Shown piece by piece: positions 37,845 to 47,178 of a stretch of DNA of 47,178 nt (position 1 is the stretch's first letter; each line of letters starts with the position of its first letter). A model generated the notes under the pieces. It was not told the origin of the DNA, searched no databases, and worked only from the letters and a program-made list of their open reading frames with translations. The DNA is taken from assembly GCF_004010195.1 (NCBI RefSeq), contig NC_057718.1, forward strand, positions 28,268,061-28,315,238, in the 5' to 3' direction. The position numbers and the translations under genes are program-made. The DNA is from Chiloscyllium plagiosum. Lineage: Eukaryota.

Positions 37845-38169
37845 ATTTTTTTTTAGATTAGATTCCCTACAGTGTGGAAACAGGCCCTTCCGCCCAACAA
37901 GTCCACACCGACCCTCCGAAGAGTAACCCACCCAGACCCATTTCCCTCTGACTAATGCACCGAACACTACGGGCAATTTAGCATGGCCAATCCACCTGAC
38001 CTGCACATCTTTGGACTGTGGAAGGAAACCGGAGCACCCGGAGGAAACCCACGCAGACACAGGGAGAATGTGCAAACTCCACACAGACAGTCTGCCCGAG
38101 ACTGCAAACGAACCTGGGATTCTGGTGCTGTGAGGCAGCTGTGCTAACCACTGAGCACCGTGCCACCCC
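37845..38169 (-). mobile_element. HE1-type V-SINE
   Basis: Reverse complement of 13672-13978. Confidence 0.9.
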
Positions 38170-38724
38170 AATCTACTTATGTTAGATGCTAGAGTCAGTT
38201 GTTCGTCTGGTTTGAGTTGATCTATGAAATGCATAATTAAATCTATGACTAGTTATCAGGCAGGGTTTTTTTGGGGTTTGGAAATTAAGTATTGTGTTTG
38301 CCTTTGGATCAAGGAAATCGTGCTGCTATTTGTTCTGTACAAGTGTTAGCATAGCAAAAAGCATATGAAACAGAACAACTTCACTGCAAAAGTCACACCA
38401 GAAATTGCAAGTGTAAGGTTGCCATCTGATAACACAATGGTAATTGACAACAATGCTTGTAGATGTGTGAAAAAGCAAGGATGTGAAGATGTGAGAAAGT
38501 GTGAGTTTGTTGAAAGTGACTGCCTGTAAGATAGTGTGAGTAGGATTTTCCATTCATATTTGAACATTTTCCTGCTGCCACTGACATAGAATGTATTGGA
38601 ATGTTCTTCAGTAAACAAACTATAGCAGTTGCAAATTACAGAAATATATCATATGCTGTTAATTGTACTGCAGCAAACCAGACTTAGCATTAACTAGCAT
38701 TGAAACATTTCTCTCATGAAGGTT

Positions 38725-40450
38725 TTTATTATTCATTTGTGGGATATGGACATTGCTGACCGGGCCAACATTTATTATCTACCCCTACTTGCCCTTGAGA
38801 AAGTGGTGGTGAGCTGCCTTCTTGATCCACTGCAGTCTACCTGCTGTGGATTTTGACCCACAGTGCCATTAGGGAGGGAATTCCAACATTTTGACCCAGT
38901 GACAGTGAAGGAATTGAGATATATTTCCAAGTCAGCATGGTGAGTAGTTTGAAGGGGAATTTGAAGGTGGTGGTGTTCCCATATCTCTGCTGCCTTTGTT
39001 TTTCTAGCTAGAAGTGGTCATGGATTTAGAAGGTGCTATCTGAGGATCTTTGGTGAATTTCTACAGTGCATTTTGTAGAACGTCGGTGGTGGAGGGGGTG
39101 GATGATCTGGACATGGTCCCAATAAACGGGCTACTTTGTCCTGGATGGTGTCAACCTTCTTGAGTGCTGTTGGGGCTGCACTCACCCAGGCGAATGGGGA
39201 GTATTCCACCACACTCCTGACTTGCACCTCATAGACAGGCTTTGGGGAGTTAAGAGGTGTATTACTTGTCATAGTATTCCGAGTTTCTGACCTGCTCTTG
39301 TAGCCATTGTGTTTATGTGGTGAGTTCAGTTGAGTTTCTAGTCAGTGATAATGTTGATTCTGGGGAAATTTAATGATGGCAACACCATTGAATGTCAAGG
39401 GCCAGTGATTATATTGTCGCTTATTGGTGATGGTCATTGCCTGGCATTTATGTGATGCAAATGTTACTTGCCACTTGTCAACCCCAGCCTGGGCATTGTC
39501 CAGATCTTGTTGAATTTGGACATAGACAGCTTCAGTACCTGAGGAGTTGCAAATGGTGCTAAACATTGTGCAATCATTGGCCAATATCCCCACTTCTGAC
39601 CTTATAATGGAAGGAAGGTAATTGATGATGGTTGGGCCTAGGACTCTACCCTGCAGAGATGTCCTGGAGTGAGATGCCTGACCTCCAACAACCATGACCA
39701 TCTTCCTGTGTGTCAGGTATGACTTTAACCACTGGAGAGATTTCCCCCTCATGCCGATTGATTCCAGTTTTACTCAGGCTCCTTGATGTCACACTCGGTC
39801 GAATGCAGCCTTGACATCAAAGGCTGTCATTCTTACCTCCCCTCTGGACTTCAGCTCTTTTGTTCATGGCTTTAATGAGGTCAGGAGCTAAGTGGCTTGG
39901 CAGAACATAAACTGGATGTCAGTGAGCAGGTACTGCTTGATAGCACTGTCGATGACACCTTCCATAACGTTACTGATGATTGAGAGTATACTGATGGGGC
40001 AGTAATTGGTCGGATTGGATTTATCCTGCTTTTTATGTACAGGACATAGTTGGACAATTTTCCACATTATTGGAAAATGCCAGTGTTTTAACCATACAAG
40101 AATAGTTTGGCCAGGGGAGCGGCAAGTTCTGGAGCACAAATATTAGAATTAGAGTCCCTACAGTGTGGAAACAGGCACTTACCTTCTGAAGAGTAACCCA
40201 CCCAGATCCCTTCCCTACATTTACCCCTGACTAATGCACTCCTTGAACACTATGGGCAATTTAGCATGGCCAATTCACCTATCCTGCACATCCTTGGATT
40301 GTGGGAGGAAACGCATTCAGACAAGGGGTGAATTTGCAAACTCCAGACAGTTGCCCAAGGCTGGAATTGAACCCAGGTCCTTGGCGCTGTGAGGCAGCAG
40401 TGCTAATCACTGAGCCACCGTACTGCCCAGTCTTCAGTATTATTGCCGGA
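38725..40450 (-). mobile_element. CR1-group LINE RT plus 3' region, interrupted by HE1
   Basis: WKI...PVHKKQDKSNPTNY.PIS, QGRVLGP, ANDCT (ADD motif), WQVTF..HKCQ, QVRSVVEYS. Confidence 0.8.
40142..40428 (-). mobile_element. HE1-type V-SINE (diverged)
   Basis: Homologous to 37845-38169. Confidence 0.8.
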
Positions 40451-42751
40451 TTGCTTTAAAATCACTTTCAAGAGTTTGTAACAATATGCAAAATTGAAAT
40501 ATTCTTAGAGAATAAGAAATACTCATGAATGTGACCTGCAGACCCTTAATCTGGAAGCAATATCAACAGGAAAGAAGTTAAGATAGAAGCTATGTGGTCA
40601 AAAGAAAAGGACAATTGCAAATAAGAGAAGAGTTGAAGATGACAGGAGAACAGAAAAGGCACAGTTATAAGGAACCTGTAACACAGTCAAGAAGGATAAA
40701 CAGCTGAAGACAGAGTTAAAGCAAGGATTGTGAACTGGACAATTGTACGGTTATGCTTTAGCTTCACTGGATCCAATCAGATCATTTAACAAGGTTTATT
40801 AAAAGTCAAAGGAGTTGCTGGGAAATCTGTGCTATCAAGATTTAATGATCCTAACTAATGAAGTTCTGGAGGATTGTTCTGTTTGTGTGATGAATAGCTC
40901 TAGGGACCTTTGGTGGAATACACTGCCAATGAAAACATCTCAAGGACTGAATCAATGGCTGATTTGATCATGGCTGATACGTTTCTCAACGCTATTCTCC
41001 TGCCTTCTCACTGTAACCTTTGATTCCCTTACTAAGCAATAAACTCTTTATCTCTGACTTAAATACCCTCAATGACTCAAACTTTATAGCCTTCTGCACT
41101 ACCATTTAGCTGAAAAAATCCTTCCCCTCTAAGTTCTAAAGGGTTGTCCCTTCACTTCTTTTTAAAATTATTAAGTATAGTTTCATACAGGAAAGGGGAT
41201 CAACCATTTAACTGTCTCCCTTTCAGGTCTGGACATTTGTGTTTGTCTCCTGGAGAGGTGATGAACGTTGTATTATTATTGGATGCTGTTAAGTATCACC
41301 TCTAACATTCTACAGTGAGCAATGGATAATTAATGGACAAGTAATGTGCAAATCTAGAAAGATGCTATACTTATTGAAAATCAGGGTGAGCTGTTGTTTC
41401 TGTGGGGTAATTTACAGTGCGCTATAAATTGCCTGATCTTTCCAGGCAATTTGTGGATTAATAATGGCATTCATTGTGACTCATTCTTATTTATCTGGTA
41501 AGATTTGAACCAATATATATGGACATAAGAAAAATTAAGCACAGCTGTAGAGAAGAGATTGAGGGTTATGACGAGAAATCAAAATTGGATGGACCAAAAA
41601 TAACAGATTTACAATGCTAAGCATAATTTATTAGCGTGGTTGTCTTTAAAAGTGATTCAGCAAGTGGAACTATCTTTAGAATACATGCTTTAAAGACTGA
41701 AGACATTGATCCAGGTTTTTGTTTATATGTGGTTGTCTCGTTCACCAAAATCTGGTTTTTGCTGACTGGGTTTTCAATGCTGACTTATAGGAGACAACTT
41801 TCATCACATATTTCCAGTCCCATTTCAGAATGCAAATAATTTATGTAGCATTGTTTTCCACTTTTTAAATATTTATTTGCTAGATGCACAAAAATACATT
41901 TGTTTCATTCAAAACATGAAGTTTCATGAGATATTATTCTTATTATTTGGACACTCAGATTCTAAAGTGTATAGAACTATATATAGCATTATTTTTGATT
42001 TATTTTTCTATACTGTGGTAAAAATGGAGAAAGCATAGATTTGGTTCGATGAATTCTGAAAGTGCCAATGACTTGTCTGGGGGTTGTTACCTGCATTTAA
42101 ATGAGGCCTATTGAGAACAAAATACTTTGAGGCTGATAGGTCAGTGATTTAGAAAACAAAGATACAGGAGGAGAAAAAAGGACTATTGCCTAGCAACAAG
42201 GTGCGCTACGATACAGGGAGATAGAGACAAATTCTTTTATTAAGGGTGAATTTGCCAGAAGGACAGTGAGTGGGTTGGGTTTTTTTCCCAGGTAATTCAG
42301 AGAGAAAGGCCGGTACCAGCAGCAGTGCAATTTAGCAGTCTCTAGAAAAGTCAGGGTAGAAGGAAACAAGTCCGAAGTGATGTAATGCCTGTGAGAGAAA
42401 CGTGCCAGCAACAGAAGACTATAGAAGAGGAGTAGCCAGGTGTACTGGGTAACAGTTCACTTGTAGTCTAGATCTTCATCAAATTACATGGTGTTAATTA
42501 ACTACTTTAGAAAGGAATTAGATGGTTATCTGATTAAAAACTAGTTTCAAGAATGCAGGGAAAAATATAGATGGAGACACCAGAAATAATAGCCTTCATT
42601 TACATGACAACTTCTACATAGAAAAATCTGTCAAGGAATCTCACAAAGGGGTGATTAAAAAAACTGACACTGAGCCATAGGAAAAACAGATTTGGACAGA
42701 TAATCAAATACACCCTTGAATGCATTTGTTCTTGTTTTCTTGAGACAAAGG

Positions 42752-43125
42752 GCCATAAGAAATGGAGCAGGACCAGGCCATTTGGCCCCTTGCGCCTGCT
42801 CCGCCATTCAATAGGATCATGATTTATCTGACATTCCTCATGTCCAATGTCCTGCATTTCTTCCTGTAACCCAACGGATCAAGAGTCTATCTATCTCAGC
42901 TTTATGTATACATGAGGACTCTGCCCAAGCACTTCTCTGTGGCAAGGAGTTCCAAAGACTCTCAAACCTCTCCGAGAAGAAATTCCTCCTTATTTCAGAC
43001 TTAAATTGCTGCCCCTTTATTCTGAGACTATGCCCTCAGGTCGTAGACTCTTCCCATGAGGGGTAACATCTTCTCAGCATTTGCCCTGTCAAGCCCCTTA
43101 AAAAGTCTTGGACATTTCAATGACA
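42752..43125 (-). mobile_element. CR1 LINE 3' end
   Basis: cataagaaatggagcaggaccaggccatttggcccctt tail and CR1-like 3' body. Confidence 0.65.
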
Positions 43126-44739
43126 TGTCCCCATGACATATATCCATCCAGTCATTCCTAGAAAAGGTCTTTGGAGTGGCTTACCTTTCTGCCTTGCAAT
43201 GTAATTGCTGAGTTGCCTAAAATTCTATCCTTTACCCAATTCTACTGAAGACATAATCAGAAAAAGCAACATGGAGTTACAAATATACACTAATGACAGC
43301 CAGGTCTATTGTTCTGACACCTCACTGACTTCACCAATGCCCTTGTGTTGTCAAAGTAAATACCTGATGAACTATGGAAGAACTGAAGTCATTATCTTTG
43401 ATTCCTGCAACTCCAACCATTGATTCCATTCTCCTTCCTGTCCACTGTTAAACTGAAGCAGACTGTTCAAATCTTGTCACACTATTTGACCCTGGACTGA
43501 CATTACTGATATGTTTTGATTCAGGACAAGCATAAAGTTCAAAAAGAGGAAAGTGATGATGAAAGGTCACAGTTTGAAAGAGTTTCCTAGCAGACAGCTG
43601 CCAAAGGATGTGAGGATGTCCTGAAGCTTCTTGAGCAGTGAAATTACTTTACTGCACAACCTGTAATGCAGTTTCACTTCCTACATTCCCAATGAAAGAA
43701 GGAAAACATGCAAGCTGGCAGATATAAGAAATTAATTCAAGAAGGCTACTTGGCCAAAATCCCCATTTCCTCAGTCTCATCATTAGCTGCTGGTCAACAT
43801 GCAAGTGCTGATTCTGTTGATGAAATACTATCAGAGTTTCCAAAACCCAGTGAATAAATTACACTGCCTTAATGACATTTGAATTTTATGTTTTTTTTAT
43901 TCAAAGAATACTGGAGGTCACTTTATTGGGTTTCTGTATGCATATTTCTCACACAATCCGCATATTCATGTCTCTGGCACATTTCCCTATATATGCCAGA
44001 TAACAGGGAGTTATTGTATTTCCTCCCTCTGTAATAACCCTGCTTCTGCCAATGTTTCTGTTTAACTGCTGCCAATCTGCCTTTTCAGTGCTTCAGTTAA
44101 TACTTCATTCAAGTCTTTCAAATCACTCTTAGCTGACCTGTCATCTTCTACCTTCCCTCAACTTAAGCTCATGTAAAACTCTGCTGCCATGTCATAACTT
44201 AACAAGACCTATTCACCTATCATCACTTGACATGTTGATCTATGTTGGCTACCAATTGGTATTAACATTCTATCTTTTTGGCTTGGCTTTAGAAAATCTC
44301 TTCTCTTTATTTAATCCAATGCCAGTTATTGTCTGATGTCCATCTATAAAGTGTCTTCAAAATTTTCACTACAATACATTAAAGACATTACAAAAAGACA
44401 GGATGTTAGTGTGCATGCTGTAACAGGACGCAGTCACAAACAAATTTACTAATTAAACTTTTGCACTGACATTGAAATATTCATAAACAAAATCTGAGGG
44501 AAAAAGCATCATTTTTGTCCTGAAAGTTTTTGTGTGATTTTTGTTAATTTGTTGGGCAGCTACCTAATTCAAAGAACTTACATCTGTGACTCTTAGAAAG
44601 AATAGGAGCATAAATACATGAAGCTTTAATTAATTTGTCTGTAGGTTTGCAAATTCGATGGGACTTCAAGAAGCTAAGGTGACTATTGTAATCACTTGAA
44701 TATGCTGTGTTTAAAATAAAGAATGTCATTATTAGAACC

Positions 44740-44842
44740 GAGCCAAAAATCACATCACACTGGGTTATAGTCCAACAGGTTTATTTGAAACTTTAAGCTT
44801 TTGGAGCACTCTCTCCTTCCTCAGGCAATTGTCCACCACACA
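44740..44842 (-). mobile_element. Short decayed PLE pLTR insert with a degenerate hammerhead
   Basis: 14-bp TSD TCATT(A/G)TTAGAACC (44726-44739, 44843-44856). Homologous to 18819-18905. Confidence 0.75.
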
Positions 44843-46734
44843 TCATTGTTAGAACCAATGGTCCAGAAATATAATAACATGAGGTAGGGGAACTGATAGA
44901 TCAAAATGGATTAGACTAGTGAGGTTTCCTGCTCCATTCCCGTTCCTATAATTTTTTTATATGATTCCTTTCTGTTTCTTAGCCGCCAGCAAATTAGATC
45001 AGCTGGACTGAGTGCTTAACAATGCAAATTCTACCTGGTTGTTGGAACGAGTGTGGTTAATGAACTAAATGTTTCTTTTCATTTCATAAGAAAATATTAA
45101 GAAATTCAGAGAGGATAGAAGACCATCTGTTCCATTAAAATTTCTTTTGCTTGGCAGATTGCTCCAAGTATTTATCACAGTTTGAATCCAAAAAAACATT
45201 TTTAAGCTTATTCTAAACTTAATTCCAATGGCTGTCCTTTTGCTCTATACTTTTGTGTAATTTGATTTAATAAGAGCCGACAAAATAATGACCATCACGC
45301 GATTGGTGGAACTTTCAGACTGAGATGCATTATCACTGGTCCCTAGGACGGATTTACGTGAATTTAAACCTGTCTGTTAAAATTTGTATTTGTTACAAAT
45401 TGACCATTGTTTCTTCATAGAATAAGGTTTTTATTTAAATTAAGTATTTACATTGCAAGAGTAGCAAGCATTAAGTCAGCATAAAGTTCAAGAAACAGGA
45501 GTAATAGATTTAATTCATACAAACAGCTACCAGGTCAGAAGTAGTACAAGTGACTCCTGAGGTTGAATCAAACATGACATTGAGAGAGTTCAAGCCAAAA
45601 GCCATCTGCTGTAATGGGGACTGAGCAGGGTATTGGAAATAGTGAAGTTCTCCCTAATGTGAAATTAGAGGGGATGGGGAGTGGTTAGTTAACCAGTCAC
45701 ACTCTGGGCTGGTGGTTTTTGTGCTTCTGAGAAAACCCAGAAATGATTAAGCTCCAGCTGAGAGATTTGGTCTGAAACACAACACACAATGGTATAATCA
45801 ACCATTTCAGGATTTTCTCTTACAAATGATTGTCTGTATCAGAAGATAATGTGGTTTATCTTTGAAGAGTCTATATAGAGACTGTTAGTACCTTCAGTAA
45901 AAAATGCCTGAGACAGGTGACCTTAAAGGACATTTTGATCATATGAAAATGCAATAATAAAGACACAATCGGATCAAGATTTCCCAATTATTACTCCATG
46001 TTGCTCAGTTCTGTGAGGTGATTTGCATAAATTGTTTGCATAAATCTAATCACAATGTACATTATTGTAATAATTTGGAAAGAGTGCACCAAATGGAGCT
46101 AATGACATTGCAGCTTAAGATGTGTCCAAGCAGGATAGTTTCAGGTTCCAAATTCTAATCATACCCTACACATCACTGCGCATCACCAATTCTGCAGCCC
46201 ATCTAATAACTACATCAAGGGTGGAATTTTCCCATTCCTGAACAATGTGAACTTTGGTTTGTGAGACAGTTAGTAAAATCATGTGAGATCACAGTGAGAA
46301 GCTTCTTGACAGCTAGAGCCTAATCCTACTTTCCAATCAAGTGCTGAACAGCAAAGCAAGATTCTCGCTGGTGAACAGTAAGAGACTTACTTGCCTGCAT
46401 TAGCATACATTAACCTCTCGTTATTGGATCATCTCACCTCTTTTATATAAAATTTCCAATTCTCACATCTTCCAGATTGTGGGTGGCTAGAAGGTGATAT
46501 GAAAGTACTTGTCGACTTCAGCTCGCTGCTGGCTTTTACGGCCCTCTATTTTGGATAGCAGTGGCCAATATCTCTATTCTGTGGGCAGCAAATTCCATCC
46601 ATGGAATTGGCACCAGTTAGGCAACAGCCTCATCAAAACATCAAGACAAACTTACAATGTGGTTCTGCACTTTAATGCTGCACTTTGGGGCACACCAGCT
46701 TTGCAAACCGACTGCCAGGACATTTTGAACACAG

Positions 46735-47178
46735 AAACCTGTCTACCTCCCCCCCCCACTCCAACCTCTCACCCTCACAACGCGCAGCCCTCCAATCCCT
46801 CTGCTCCAATCCTGACCTCACCATCAAGCCAGCGGACAAAGGGGGCGCAGTGGTAGTCTGGCGCACTGACCTCTACATCGCTGAAGCCAAACACCAACTC
46901 GAGGACACCTCTTCCTACCGCCCCCTTGACCATGACCCCACCCCCAACACCAAACCATTATCTCCCAGACCATACAGAACCTCATCACCTCAGGAGATCC
47001 CCCACCCACAGCTTCCAACCTCATAGTCCGGGAACCCCGCACTGCCCGGTTCTACCTCCTTCCCAAGATCCACAAGCCTGACCACCCTGGCCGACCCATT
47101 GTCTCAGCATGCTCCTGCCCAACTGAACTCATTTCTACCTACCTCGACACTGTCCTATCCCACCTAGTCCAGGAACTC
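46735..47178 (+). mobile_element. Penelope-like element RT N-terminal region (runs off the window)
   Basis: NLSPSQRAAL..L..NPDLTIKPADKGGAVVVW, then a frameshift to PRTARFYLLPKIHK...GRPIVS. Confidence 0.88.

Noticed and set aside
35625..47178. Second channel exon (expected to begin ...FGMTTP)
   Set aside because: No such ORF or acceptor seen, so the region is treated as intron 1.

Overview
Eukaryotic, repeat-dense vertebrate DNA, almost certainly from a cartilaginous fish (HE1-type V-SINEs plus shark-type CR1, Penelope-like and Tx1 elements). The only host gene found is the first coding exon of a THIK-subfamily two-pore K+ channel, most like KCNK12/THIK-2 (35291-35624, +, GT donor). Its exon 2 is not in the window. 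The CpG-rich upstream region is the most unusual part. It holds a candidate CCAAT/GC/TATA promoter and a perfect 84-bp inverted repeat (34168-34251 / 34771-34854). The 519-bp loop of that repeat contains two near-consensus REST/NRSF RE1 silencers and a textbook 3' splice site. The rest is mostly mobile DNA. A full-length decayed Gmr1-like Gypsy element (integrase before RT, SCAN-like gag) spans 5598-13140. A Penelope-like element with an inverted pLTR and minimal hammerhead ribozymes is interrupted by a Tx1 LINE right at the ribozyme. There are also several tiny TSD-flanked hammerhead-bearing inserts, solo LTRs, CR1/RTE fragments and SINEs. All calls were made by eye, with no database searches.
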